From contig MQRK01219574.1 of assembly GCA_001938485.1 (NCBI GenBank), positions 1 through 64,000 on the forward strand: a stretch of 64,000 nt of DNA, given 5' to 3'. The translations under genes and the position numbers were made by a program. How positions within the stretch are numbered: the stretch's first letter is position 1; each line of letters begins with the position of its first letter. Shown here one piece after another: positions 14,010 through 27,127 of this stretch. The DNA comes from Girardia tigrina (Eukaryota). The notes under the pieces were generated by a model that worked only from the letters and a program-made list of their open reading frames with translations, was not told the DNA's origin and did not search any database.

Positions 14010-14380
14010 TACCTTTGAACTTGAACGCAGAACATGATATGCCAGAGTCTGTCGGTGTAACTGATGAATACTATCTAAGAGTAATCCCTCTTATGGTGCT
14101 GAATTTTCGACTGAATAATATAACGGATAATGATGTGTTTCATTGCCCATTTCCCCGTTATACTATGTGCGTTTATACAGCCAAAAGTCTTCAGAATCAT
14201 GGAACGTGACTGGTCATTTCTCAGAGGGAAGCCGAAGCGTACTCGTGCATTGAAAGCTCGCATTCTTGCATCTGAAGCCGTGTGAGAGGATCAGAAAACT
14301 GTTATTGTCAAATAGTTTCTACCCAATACAGAGTCCATGATTCACTATCCTGTTCTCCAATGCTGACTATTATTTGTAAC
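14010..14380 (+). mobile_element. 5'-truncated 3' end of the zinc-finger RTE-like LINE family
   Basis: Aligns by eye with 59850-60210 (FHCPFPRYTMCVYTAKSLQNHGT vs FRCPFTHCMKCVYQTKVLQNHGT; RALKARILAS.AV stop; shared 3'UTR tttctaccc.atacaga). Confidence 0.85.
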
Positions 14381-14399
14381 ATACAGTTATCCGTAACAG

Positions 14400-15171
14400 T
14401 CGGAGCAGGCATATATAATTTCAAAATTTATTGTTAAATTCAAATTTGAACAAAGAAGTCGTTTTCCGGATTTGATTTTGAATTGTCGAATCATTTGTGT
14501 ATGTGTGACGAGTAACCATTGGAAGAGAATGTCGATTTAACTCGTTCTGATTGGCCAGTCAATAAGAGCGCGTTCTGAGTCATCGATATTTTTTTGAAAT
14601 ATTACTTTTCTATTTTTTGTTTTTTTTGTACTTATGTGAATTTGTATTTCTGTTTGATTTACGTGATTGAGTTTTATGTAGTTGTCAATTTTTATTTGAC
14701 GTGATTTGAATTTTGAAACTTTCGCATTTTTTAAGTTACGAATTAAATTAGAATTTTTTTAATCCCGAAATAATAAGAATTGGTTTTCTCTGACGATTTG
14801 TATTCAATTAATAGTGATTGTGATTTTTCTGACAGTTTTGAAGTGTTTATAAATTTGACGGTTATTGAGATTGAATAGTATTTCGGGTTACACGATTAAA
14901 AGTCAATTTTGAAAACTTGATTTTAATTTCAACTGAAGCTTTTGAAGAAATATTTCGCACGAGGGAGTGTAAATTACTGATGAGTATTTCAGACGAATTT
15001 TAAGATATTTTACGAATAATTTAAACGAAATTTATTATGAAGTTGGCCAAATGAAAAATTTAGTTAACGAAAATTTGTTTGAAAATCTAAGTTTGTGATA
15101 TTAATACAGTTTTGTTTTAATTATAAATTGTGAAATTTATAATAACGACAATGGCATAAACGCTACTAACA
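14400..15171. mobile_element. Probable solo LTR (left boundary uncertain)
   Basis: Ends TGGCATAAACGCTACTAACA, nearly the same as the end of the TSD-flanked element at 27355-27856. CCAAT-type motifs near 14515-14560. Confidence 0.45.
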
Positions 15172-15345
15172 GCCGGGATAGGAAATGCATCCTTATAAAA
15201 CAACATACCGGGATTTTCCGAAAATAAGTTTTTTTTCACCTGTGATAAATAAAAGTTGTTTTAATTGATAGATCATCAATTAAAATCAGAATTCAAAATA
15301 TAGTTTGGCGATTTGTTGACTTCTTGCTTTTCAGTGTTTGCTCAT

Positions 15346-15513
15346 CACCCACAAAGAACCTCATCTGCGCTGATTTTGTGCTTCCATATGAATTGATCAA
15401 AAAAAAATAATTGGTCAATTTTGAGGTAAAAATAGCAGATTCCAACAGTGACTTTTTTTTTATCAATTCATATGGAAGCAAAAATTCCGCGCAGATGCGC
15501 TTCTTTTTGGGTG
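15346..15513. mobile_element. Palindromic MITE with CAC...GTG termini
   Basis: About 60-bp inverted arms (cacccacaaagaa...cttccatatgaattgat / atcaattcatatggaag...ttctttttgggtg). No clear TSD. Confidence 0.65.
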
Positions 15514-15849
15514 CGCTTATTTTCAGGAAATCCTGGTACAAAGACATTGTTTGAAAATATTCTTTATATTGACTTTTATTTTGATTTCAAATCGTTTTAT
15601 TGTATCGAACGAATATCTTAAAAAAATTGTTTTGAAATTTGAAAACAAGAATTTTAAAAATCAATTTAAGACAAACGAATTTGCAAGTTAAAAAATATTT
15701 GTTATTGTTATTTTAAAATATTTGAATTAATTTTAGACTAATTATCTTGCCATTTTTTTGCTATTTTTGTGTGTCCAGTTATTTGTTTTTGTTCAATTTT
15801 ATTACTTGAAAGAATTTTTTTTGAAAACGATTAATTTGTGGATAAGTGT

Positions 15850-17842
15850 AGATTTTAGTATAAAAACATTAATTTCTTTAAACTTTGATGCTTTTAAAAT
15901 AGACAAAGTTGCCTTTGCGTCTGCCAATGGTGAACTGTCTTCATTTGATCACGTCGCGTTTTTGGATAAATATGCTTCTTTTGCTCAGAGAAACGGATTT
16001 TTCATGTTTGGAACTGATCTGGTGGTTGACAGCTTCCTTGCCTTTTTGCTTTCTAAAAATATCTATCATCCTTTTCATTCAGCATCTTGAGACTAGCCAT
16101 TCTACTAACATATTTAACGATAGGAAGATCAAGATTAATAAGACGAAACTTCAACAAAAACTGTCTATCTTCTCAAAAAAGAATAAAATTCAGTTCACCT
16201 GGTTTGAAGCTATCTATACCAAATTCTTGTGGTTCACTTGCTTAGATATTTACTGCACCTTAATCGGTCCTTACTCATCTAGTGCTCTACGCCAGTGTTT
16301 GCATCCAATCTCTCTAATAACAGCACTGCTACTAATCGGTTCAATGGTAAAATTGTTAAGTTATACTATGGAAACTTTCTTCAGGCGTTCGATCGATACT
16401 GTTTGAAGAGGCATCTTCCTTTAATTATCAATCAGTATTGCTTTTCTCGGTTCATTGATTTTTTTTGCAGCAAATTTAATTTTAAACCATTTGGTATCTT
16501 TTCGGACACTACGTTCAGCTACTTTACTAGCTTTGGATATGAACCTATTAAATTCAATATCCTAATGGCAAACCAATCTTCATTAATAGGAAATCATTCT
16601 TGGCAAGAATTGAAACCTTCAAGAAAAAGAATCATTTTTCCACTCCTACTGTTACAGATTTGTTCTCTGCTTTTGTCTCCTTTATGACTTGTCATTTGCT
16701 GACCTCAGCAACTGTGGATTTTTCTTGACTTTCTCCTTTACTTCTTTCTTCAAACATTTATTCATTGATGTTATCTCTAATACTGATTTGGACTCAGGCC
16801 ATGAACGGGCTCCAATTAAGTCTTCTAAGCTTAAATTCATTGACAAGAAATCCTTCTTTAAAATTTGTAACTCTCTTATAAAATCTGAAGGCTTCTTCAT
16901 CCGACCTAACATGGAATTTTTCCGAGTTTTTCGAGTTGCTTCGGCTGATTGTACCAGCCCTCTTTCTGAAGAAAACGTCAAATCCTTCTTAAAGAAATTC
17001 TCAATTTACTCCTCTGTTTCTAAATTGGTTGGTCGTCAAATAAACAGAACTAAAGCTCTAGGTAAACTACGGGAATCTGCTGCTTGTGGTGAAACAATCA
17101 TTAATGATTCTGTTATTGAACTTTTCTGCACTTTTGTTGCTGACCGTCCTCAACGATCAATCTACTCATCCCTGGTCCTTTTTGAATTCTTTACCTCCCT
17201 AAAACCTTGCTCTCTTACTCAACGATTCACTGATGTATATACAAACTTCTGTAGAGACCACAACCATGTTGTGCCTGATAATCAGTTTATCTCTCTGAAT
17301 TTTAAACGATTCATGGAACTGGTTCCATCTGCCGACTATCCTGATTTTGCAAACATTCAACAGTTTTAAACTCTTTCTTCTCCTGTCGAAGTCGTGTCTG
17401 GTAAGGAGCTATTTTCCTTAATCGTCTGGCTGTTCTTGTTGGCTTTCATAAATACAATGAAACTCAAGAATCTCCATGCGTTTTCGAAGACTCTTTCTTT
17501 GATGAATATATCTCTCTTATTGAAAGAACTGACAACATTGTCCCTCTTTTTCCTGAATCCTTTGAGTGGCTTATTGTGTTGCAAACTTTCCCTGAACCTA
17601 CTCCCTCTGTAAATACTCTGGAACAGGATGTTCTTATTGCTATTCAAGAATTTATTGAGGGGCCCACTGGCAAGTTGGATTTTTTTATTGACTATCTCTT
17701 TGATAAAGTTTCCAAACTTGATCGTGCTGAACAAATAACATGGCTTCGCGATAGTTACCTGGCAATCTGTTCACATACTCACTCTCGTGAACTAGCTTTA
17801 CCTTTATCTGAATCTCTACAGAGAGCTTGCTCTTATGTATGA
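15850..17842 (+). pseudogene. About 2-kb frameshifted, apparently intronless ORF of unknown function, with possible tandem winged-helix-like repeats
   Basis: A chain of overlapping + strand ORFs (15758, 15909, 16295, 16689, 17394, 17576) with coding-like composition, joined by frameshifts. Confidence 0.55.
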
Positions 17843-18891
17843 TCTTACATCAAAGTATGATCTATATTATTACATGGTACCCAAGAAGGTAAGGAGGGCC
17901 TGGACAATGTATAAATCAGAACAATATTAAGTTAGCTCTACACAAAATATCTTATAAAAATATAAAGTCATTTGGAAGGGAGGGTCCAAAAGATTTACAC
18001 AAGAATATGGAAAAAAATATTTTAAATGACGAGGAAATATGTAATGTCTAAGAAAATAAAAAATAAAATTAAGTAAAGAAAGAAGACAAAACATATTAAC
18101 AAAAAATCTTTAAACATAAATGTTTTTCAGGGACATTAGTCCTCCTTAGACGCTTGGTGAGGATACCGCGAAGAAAAATAATTTATTTTGGTGAAAGAAA
18201 AATAAATATCAAATTTAATGAAAATTCATGTTGTTGTTTGAAGATTTGAAAACAATCTAGAAAACAGAACTTGATTATTTACCGCGCTGAGTTATTTCGC
18301 CTCAATTTATATGCTGTAAATGACATTAAATAAAGTTTATGATTGATGTGGTAATTTTTATTTATTTTTATTTCTCAAAATTGTAATAGCGATATTCCTG
18401 TTAAAAGTTGTTAATTTCGTTAAATATTTTTATTTCTTAGTAAAAAAATAGACATTTGAAGATCAGTTCAAATTGCTATTTTTTTCAATAAGTAAAATTA
18501 ATAAAATTATAAGAGTTCCATTTCAAAAAATTATATGCTTAGCCATAACTTTTTTTCTACCCTGTATATTTCTACCAAAAAATTTCCTTAACGTCTTTGT
18601 TATATTTTTATGCTGCATGCCAAATTTTATTGTTCTATGATAAATGATTTTTGAGATAATTATATATTATAAGATAATTATTTATAAATAATCTATATTG
18701 ACAGATTACCAAATTCCAAAGATCCACAACTCAAACAAGCAATCATCAATAATCTCATGGAATTTTACAATTCAACAGATCTTCCATGACCTTAATAGTG
18801 ATTCTCTTAAATCTTACGAAAAAGACACCTATTAATGGTCCAAATTCACAATTACTAAATGTACTCTAAAACCAGAACTCGGTATAGCTAT

Positions 18892-19024
18892 TGTAAGAGT
18901 GTCGTTGTTAATTTTTTAATTTTCGGAAATAAGAATTTTGGTATTTAAAAATTTCGAATTATAATCGAAATTAAAAAAATAATGGAAAATAGAATTAAAA
19001 AAAAGAAAATTTGTTTAAATAACA
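18892..19024 (+). mobile_element. Putative short 5' LTR of the gypsy relic
   Basis: TGTAA...TAACA segment 58 bp upstream of the gag ATG. No matching 3' LTR is seen in the window. Confidence 0.4.
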
Positions 19025-19082
19025 AATTTAACCTGTTGTAGATTAATAAATTTTGCAATTTTTAATTTCTTTTTGATTTAGA

Positions 19083-20370
19083 ATGGAAGATAATTCCCAA
19101 CCTAACATGGTGGCAGCACTAGCGGATTCAATCACGAACCGACTGATTCCCGACATGTTCCAGATCGGAGAAGACCTAGAGAAATTTATTTCTCGCTGCA
19201 GAAGATATTTTGAAGCAGCCAAAATTAATCAAAAGAAATGGCAAACATGTATTTACTCCATGATACATGAAGATCTCTTGGAAGCATATGAGAATACAGC
19301 TGGTAAATCTGATAATTTTGAGGATCGGCTAAGACTAGCGTTTGAGAAGCCGAGAGCAACCGTGACGGATTGGGAAAAACTGTTGAGTTATCGCAAAGGT
19401 GCTGATAACGCACAGACCTTTTTCAAAAAAGTAGACCGGTTGCTAAAAAATGCGTTGTCACATAGACTCGAGGAAGAAGAGCTAAAAGCTCAAATGTTAA
19501 TTCATTGCATTGATGATTAAGATGTTGTTCGTGAAATTAAATTACGGAAACTAAAGAGTGCCAAGGAAATATCTGAGTTCGTTGCACTCGTAGACGAAAT
19601 AAACCACGAAAAGGAGATCAGGATCAGTGCTGTCCGAAGTTATCGAGATTTTGTTCAAAACAGCAGGGCTTCTGAGGTAACTAAAAAATGGGTAAATCAG
19701 ACTCAGACGAGAAAACAACTCTCAAGAGTGAAATCAACCGAGTCAAAATGCTATACTTGTCAACAACCAGGACATTTCAGCAGAAATTACCAACAAAAAG
19801 ACCTGTGCAGTGTTGGAATTGTAAAGAGACTGGGCACATCATTCGAAACTGTCCTAACAGACAGCCATTGGCTTATTTCTTGTGCGGGAAGAAGGGACAT
19901 AAGCGAACTCAATGTCCAGAGATACGCTGTGAAAAATATGGCCGGAATGGGCATCTAGCAGCGGAATGTTTAGTGAACTCTAGCAGACAGAATAATGGTT
20001 ACGACAATGGAAGATCGAGAATGCAGAACAATGATCGAAAATTTAAAATCAACACAATGAACGAAGATGAAGAACGCACATTTGATGATAATGAAGAAAA
20101 AAACGATAAACCGTACCCAAACGACTGGGCTCCGCCAATTGGGGAGTTGGTTGGAGCCTGATGCCACTGATTTTAGAAGATAATTCCCACGAATTCGGAT
20201 GCGAGCTGGATGTGCGAACGATGAATAAGGTCTATGGATTTGTGAAAAAGAATTTTGAGCAAGAATTTTATGTTAACGCGTTGATTGAGGATCAGAAATC
20301 AGTCGGTGGCACAAATGCAATGACAAGATTCTCAACAATATCGTTTGGCAACCCGAAGATACCCCAGTGA
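19083..20370 (+). pseudogene. gag: Ty3/gypsy-like gag (four CCHC knuckles) plus a truncated start of pol
   Basis: Knuckles CYTCQQPGHFSRNY, CWNCKETGHIIRNC, YFLCGKKGHKRTQC and CEKYGRNGHLAAEC. Premature stop at 19518-19520 and a frameshift near 19790. The -1 frame continues to 20370. Confidence 0.85.
20116..20157 (+). promoter_or_regulatory. -1 programmed ribosomal frameshift signal
   Basis: C_CCA_AAC slippery heptamer in the correct gag phase, a 6-nt spacer, then the hairpin GCTCC-GCCAATT-gggg-AGTTGGT-t-GGAGC. The -1 frame is open into ORF 20161-20370. Confidence 0.75.
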
Positions 20371-21477
20371 CCAAAAGCAACATAAAACTTAATGCCAAAC
20401 ACTATCACAATTTCAGGCTTCAAATCACAGAAGATGAAATAAATAACGATGGCACTGCCTAACATCAAAGCTGTCAAAAAGCCCTAGCTATGCTTTCCTT
20501 TAAATATTACATAGTTCTCCATCTTGAACGAATGCGAGTTGACTTCACTCCGGTTTCTAGACTTCTTCTTTTACCTTCGGGTAAGGGAATTTGATTTCAA
20601 CCTAATTCGTGCGGTTAAATTAAATAAAATTAAATTAATTGAATTAATTAAGCCCTCAATCTCGCTACATTTAGATTAGATTCTAGGAAGGGTAAATATC
20701 CTCTTAACCCCCTGTATCCAACCTTACCGGTTAAGATTTGAGTTACATTCGAAGATAACGAAGGTGGGCTACAAATCTTTCTTACCCTTTGAATGTTCAT
20801 TGGTGTTGGAGGAGGATCAAATAATTTAACCACTTAATGCTCGGATTATTTCTACAAAAACAGCAATAAGTTTAAAAACAAAGTCAATTAAATAATATTT
20901 ATGAATTTTTTAATAACAAATCAACTCAAGGATAAAAAAGATAAGTGTACCTTGTGTCTTTATTGATCGTATATATGTCAACAAGTCGAGCAGCGTTTGG
21001 ATTAGTGTTGTGCGATAATTACAAAGTGCGTGAGCGGCACTCGTTCAAAGGAAGGCAGTATTTAATATTATTTTCGTTTATGGATGTGGGTGTTTATATT
21101 GAAACTATGACAATTAGAGAGGGGTTTATTCTCTCATCTTTTTATTCACCAGAGCCAGCACCAATCGATTATCATCTTTTCTATCTTCAGATAATCAAAA
21201 GCAAAAAAATATTAAAATTTTAACAAGAGCAAAGATTGAAACAGAGTTGACATTTTAAGATGAATGACAATAAATGATATTTAAGTCGAATTTTCGGAAA
21301 ATTTTGTGTCTAAATAATGGAAAAAATTTTAAAGAATAAAAAAATATTTGTTTTTTATATATTAAAAATACAACACTAAAAACAAAAGATTGAAATCAAA
21401 ATTAAAAAGCTAATCAAAATGTATTTTTTTAATTTCGACAGTCAAATAAATGATTTTTAAAAAAAGAAAGTTACTTT

Positions 21478-21583
21478 AAGGGGGAGGGGGATCGAAGGTT
21501 ATGTTACGGTCTGTTACAGGGAGGGAGGGGGGTGTCTAAAGTGTTAAATTTTTGCGTTACGTATTATACGAACGAGCCATTAT
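21478..21583. mobile_element. Terminal fragment of a PIF/Harbinger-type MITE
   Basis: G-rich runs followed by ...GCGTTACGTATTATACGAACGAGCCA|TTA, resembling common Harbinger-like MITE ends. The partner end was not found. Confidence 0.35.
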
Positions 21584-22751
21584 ATATTGCTAATCGATAT
21601 GTCATCTGTGTATCATTAAAAAACTTCCAATAAAGTTAGAGAGTGCATTTTGAAAATTAATTTAGGAATCCAAAAATCTTATATATAACGTCTCACATGT
21701 CACTTTCTCCAAATATTTCTTAAATCGAATGAACATAATTTTAAAGTATTGAGAATATATGTGCCCTTTACAATATTTTCTATGTCCAGTAATATACTTT
21801 CACTGTCATTCCAACTGTGTTACTGAATATTCTTACATAGATGGTATTAAGTCTCGCCTATGTACGTAGAGTTACACCCATTACATTTATTTCAGGTAAA
21901 CAAGATATCATAATACCATAAATTTAAAATTCTTTTCGTCATATCCGATACCCAAATTTGAAAGTATGTTTGACAATAAATCTTCAATGCCATTAGGATT
22001 GTATTCGGATTTCGTATACTGACATATATGTAATGTGTTTAACATGAGATAAACTTTGTGTAATCTCTGTAAATCATTTTAAAAATATGAACGATGTTGA
22101 ATTAAACTGTTCTCTATTTTCATTTTTTATTTTAAATATTGTAAAAAATATCATGTACGATTAAAAGAATTTCTTATAATCAACTAAAAAATATTAGGTA
22201 GAACATAAAAATAAGTACAAAAATGTCTCATCCATGTAATATATGACTAACGCTTAATTAATAGACGAAACTTTACATAAAAAACTCAGAAAACGAAAAT
22301 GATCAACTATTCTTTCAAACCTCATTAATTCTTGTCCCAAGAGAATCGTTCTTAAGGAAAAGTCAACAAAATATTAATAACTCAAAAGTAGTAAGTAAAA
22401 GGAAATATTTTAATGTCAAAAATGTGACAGGATCAATATATAAAGAGAAATTCTAGGGAAACATTAACAATTGCGAACTTGTTATCATTTCTCATGAGTA
22501 AACTGGATAGGAATACTTTTATGGTTGGCTATCAGGAAAATGAGTCTCTAGCACTTCTTATCCGTGAATATTACTACTTTTTCTAGATTTTTGGAATAGA
22601 ATATTCACTGTTGGATGTGTGAAAATGTTTTAAATTGTACTATTTCGAAAGCGTTTTGTGTGAGATATTACTGATCTGGTCTGACCAAGCTTCATCTTAT
22701 CTCCGAGCATCATTGCCCATTATTTACAGGGTTAATCATTTTTATATCCCC

Positions 22752-23297
22752 TGTGAGGAATATTTTAAATTTGGTATATTGAAATTTGTTATGTTGAATT
22801 TTGTATGTTGAGTTTAGTATATGGAAATGTGCTTCTCCCACCCAGATGGAAAATTGGTATTTTGTATGTTTGCGATGAATATTTATTCGGGCATAGTTTA
22901 CATTTTAAATTACAACATAGGATATTAAAAAAAATTTTAAATATTAAATCGTTGAAAATTTGAATATTAAATAATTTTATGAAATTAAATAATTTTTAAC
23001 TTATTTTTAAATTCATTAAATAAATGTTTTTCGTTAAATAAAATGATTTTTAAAATTAAATTAATTTTTAGATGAAATTGTTAACAAAATTATAAAAGTA
23101 CAATTTATAAAAATAAAATCGGAAAATGATTTAAAATGAAAATTTGTTCGAATAATTGTTTATTAACGAGACGTTAATAAAAAGTTATCAATTTAGCGAG
23201 ATGTCTAATTATGAGAGCTTGGCTGAAGATTGTCCCGAAGACAATTCAAATTGTTATGAAAATAAATGTGTGAAAAACCATATTGGTTTTCTTAATA
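22752..23297. mobile_element. Solo LTR inserted at the inner edge of the left TIR
   Basis: Begins TGTGAGGA. Near-TSD TCCCC/TCCCT. Removing it restores ...ATATCCCC-ATTGATT, matching the right TIR. Confidence 0.55.
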
Positions 23298-23347
23298 TCC
23301 CTATTGATTATTGTAGTGCCCTACTACTTATTTTTGTGTATATTTTG

Positions 23348-23385
<38 letters not shown>

Positions 23386-23792
23386 GTAATGATAGTTCTA
23401 ATGACTGTTTATATATATGATATATAAATTACAATAATGAAATTGATGTTTTAATGGATTAACAATAATTAGTTGGAATTACGGTTATAAGAAATAAAGT
23501 TGTTAATACTTTCTTTGGATTTATTTTAGTGAATACTTTCTTTGGATTTACTTTTTCCGTAGATTGAGGACATTCTATCAAAGAAAGGAAGAGTTTAATG
23601 AAGTTGATCAGCATATGTTTAACGCCATCACATGTAACAACCATTTCAAGAATAATTAAGGAAATGAAATTCTCTAGGAAAAGGCTTTCTTTAAATCCTC
23701 AAGAGAAAAGAGCTGTGTTTGAAAGTGAAATATCTCCTGTTTTAAATAAAAATCTGATATTCCTTGATGAAACCGGTTTCAGTTAACATACC

Positions 23793-24201
23793 TGTAGTGG
23801 GTTCGAACACACTTTTCGTGTGAGGGAAACAAAAAATGAAAAAACCCCTACTACAAAATTTATTGAAATAAAAATATTCGTTTGCAATTGAGATTCCTCA
23901 TTGTTCTACCGTTTTTGACTTCGACATTTTCGGTAATTCTGCTTATTCAAACAAAAAAAAACGTTTTTTCATTTGAATTTTATTTACGTTGATTTAATTA
24001 TTTTTTTTTGATTTAAAATTTTTTTGTTCAACTAATTTAAGCATTTCTGATTAATTTTTTTATAGGAAAATGTGCTTCGAATAAATTAGTTGATTAATAT
24101 TTTTTTTAGTAAAATAGTAAAAAAAATTGAATGTTATTTACATTATTGAAATTTGTAAAATTTAAATGATTTGATTATTCAAGGAAAATCGAAGCGCCAC
24201 A
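23793..24201. mobile_element. Solo LTR (409 bp)
   Basis: TGTAGTG...CGCCACA termini with exact 5-bp TSD ATACC (23788-92, 24202-06). It splits the transposase between DETGF..HT and RRSYGYS. Confidence 0.85.
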
Positions 24202-25958
24202 ATACCAGAAGAAGTTACGGGTATTCACTCGAAAATGCGAAAGCCTATATTACCGTTCCTGAGAAACAAAAGCTTACTATGTGCAAAAGGCGAAAATCGA
24301 ATATAATTACATATCTTGATCTTTCAATTAAAATTTCGTTATTGAATTTATTTCTAACGTTCTTGTGCCATTCTATGAAGAAAATCCCACTAAGATACTT
24401 TTGATGGACATCGCTAGGATTCACCAACCAGCACAAGTTATCAGATTCCTAATATAAACAAAATTGCCAATAAATTCCTTGTTCCTTATTCTCCATAACT
24501 TAATTCTATTGAGTAATTTTTCTCAATGATAAAAGCTGGTTTAAAATCGGCGGTAACACAAATGTCAGAATTATCAATCGAGGAATGTTTAGATGAGGTT
24601 TGGGCTCAACAAAGTCGTTTTGAGGAACAATGCAAAGGGTTCTATCGACATATGAGAGAATTCTTGGCGAAAGCCAAATGAAAAGAACCTTTTATTTGAA
24701 TAAATAATACTATTTCGTATTTTGTAGCCCTTGTTTAGAAATATATATTAGGTTTTAATGAAACATATTTTATGTTAAGCTTTTCTTTTTTATCTTTCAT
24801 ATGTCATAGATTACAGTATTTAATCAATGGGGATATAAAAGTGAATAACCCGGTATTATTGAATAAGGATCTCAAGACCACGATTTACTAACAGAAGAGA
24901 GAATCATTTCAGATAGTGATCTAATGAAGATTGATAAATCGTTGAAATATAATGCAAAAAATAAATAAAATTAAATAGTTATTTTCAATTTTATTGATAT
25001 TAAATGAAGATCAAAGAAGTTCAAAATCTTTCTTTAAGGTGTCGCCACAAGAACCCTCGCTTCAACTTCACTGAATATGCTATACTTAGATTCTTTGAAA
25101 ATGTTCTTTTCATCGAAAGAATTACTTATTTATAGAATGAGTCGGTTATGAAAACATCAAATAAATTAACTAAATATTTATAATCCTATAATAATTATAA
25201 TTTTAATAACTATTTATTATTCATGAAGTCTGTTATGAAATGCAATGTAAAATAAACCACAGATGATTAATGATACCAACGAAGAGATTACTCACAAGTC
25301 TGGAGCGAGCGATACCCAGTGTATCAATGATGATTAGATAAAGGTAAAATAAAATGAATAATCGTTTGGTAATAATAATAATAAATATAATAATATTTAT
25401 AAAAATAATGATAATAATAATACTAATTTATACCAAATAAAAGTCCAAAATCTACAAAAACTGGTTAATGGTGTTTAACCGTCCTTTCTCCATCCTTGGG
25501 CCTTTTCAACCCTTAAGACCAACTTTAAATAATCCTATTCGAATTTGAAGTATCTTTCTCAAAAGGTTAGACATTTGATAAAATATTGAATATTACTCGG
25601 GTGGAACAAATCGTCTAGAAATTCGGAAATTAAATACTACAAATTGTGAATTAAAACATATTTTATATTCACAAAAATAAATAAATAATTTATAACACAA
25701 ATATAAACTAAAAATTGTTTTATTATTAACAAATTATTGATTGATTAATTAAAATTATTGATTAATTAAAGTAAATTATTAAAAAATATTTTGTTTCATA
25801 CGTTTTATAAAAAATTTTTTTTATAATAATGATAATAATAATGATAATAATATTAATAATGATAATGATAATGCTTACATAACTTTAGTTGATTAATTTT
25901 TTTTTCTTGACCAAAAATTAATTAATTTTTGAAGAAATTTAATTTGATCAAATAAATA

Positions 25959-26175
25959 CTGTATTTTCGCGCAAATAACCCGCATATTTTTTTCATCGCC
26001 AGGGACATTTAGAGTATGTAAAAACACATTTTATCCGCTGTTTATCATCCTGAAATGTTAGTTGTTATCATTTAAATTATTTTTAGGATATACCGCCTAG
26101 TTTTATACCCTGCGAGTAGCGTGGGGCGTAGATAAAATCACACATGACCTGCGGGTTATATGCGCGAAAATACGG
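25959..26175. mobile_element. Tc1/pogo-type MITE
   Basis: TIRs CTGTATTTTCGCGCAAATAACCCGCA / TGCGGGTTATATGCGCGAAAATACGG. TA duplication is confirmed by the empty site in the paralogous arm near 29870. Confidence 0.9.
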
Positions 26176-26193
26176 TATTCTCCCCGTCATTTA

Positions 26194-26532
26194 TTAATAT
26201 AATGTTTTGGTAATACATTTGGTCTTGACCAACAGTTTCAGGTTCACATTGTACAGGTAGAAACGTGTTTTAATGTTCTGATAATGTTTTGTCATCGGGT
26301 CCATATGTAACTTTTGGCACTGAATGAGTGACAAATCTTTCGAGACAAGACCAGATTCGACCTGCTTTTGCCCAGACTTAGTTTTTTCATTTGTACGTCT
26401 AGATCCGTTGGCGTTATAAATCCAGGCATTGCCATCCGCATCACGGGATGGTGGTACCGTGATCATTGTAGCGGTATGACTTTCAGGTAATTTATTGTAG
26501 GCAAATTCGTTTGGCTTTAGTTTGGTATTCAT
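26194..26532 (-). pseudogene. Decayed gene or terminal exon of unknown function, paralogous at its 3' end to 28985-29069
   Basis: 112-codon ORF. An alternative frame gives TFLPVQCEPETVGQDQMYYQNI, matching AFLPVEREPKTVGQEPVYYQNI on the + strand near 29000. Confidence 0.45.
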
Positions 26533-26982
26533 TTTTAGAGAAATTTAAATTCGTAAGAAAACCATATTGGTGAATTTATGTAGTAAAACCATCAACATAC
26601 TGTAAAGTAATTTAAAATATTTTTTTAGATAATTTTGGTATCGTACAAAAGATTAATCACAATTTCGAATACCTTGAAAGTTAATATAAAATTCTTAATT
26701 CCAATTAAATTGAAAGTTATAGTCAAATTAATATTATTCGCTGACTGAAATTGACTTCAGTATTTTTTTCGAAAATTTTGTGGGAATTTCGGTTCTGTAC
26801 ATCGGAATTGATTTATGTATTTTTAATTAACATTGCACATTGAATTTCGTTGTGGAGTGGCAATGAACGCAACAATGATAATGAACAAATAATAATTCAG
26901 AGTCCTCAATAAAACTGTAAAGAACATAATCTAAGTAAACCTAAACAATACATTGAAGAATATGTGTTTCAAGGTGATGCCT

Positions 26983-26984
<2 letters not shown>

Positions 26985-27040
<56 letters not shown>

Positions 27041-27090
27041 NNNNNNNNNNNNNNNNNNNNNNNNNNNNNNNNNNNNNNNNNNNNNNNNNN

Positions 27091-27120
<30 letters not shown>
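26985..27120. repeat. (TA)n microsatellite spanning an assembly gap (N 27041-27090)
   Basis: Direct reading. Confidence 0.95.

Positions 27121-27127
<7 letters not shown>

Larger units (their letters stand above)
22727..24853 (+). mobile_element. Tc1/IS630-like transposon relic with two nested solo LTRs
   Basis: TIRs TA|CAGGGTTAATCATTTTTATATCCCC and GGGGATATAAAAGTGAATAACCCGG|TA. Transposase motifs KFSRKRLSL, LIFLDETGF, RSYGYS, LMDIARIH, PYSP.LN.IE. Confidence 0.85.

Noticed and set aside
14970-15005. CTGATGA...GAA hammerhead-like string
   Set aside because: Stem II is poor, it has GAAT instead of GAAA, and no stem I or III is present.
15152-15171. TGGCATAAACGCTACT as a tRNA primer-binding site
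   Set aside because: In the 27.8-kb copy it lies inside the TSD-bounded element just before the terminal CA, so it is an LTR end rather than a PBS.
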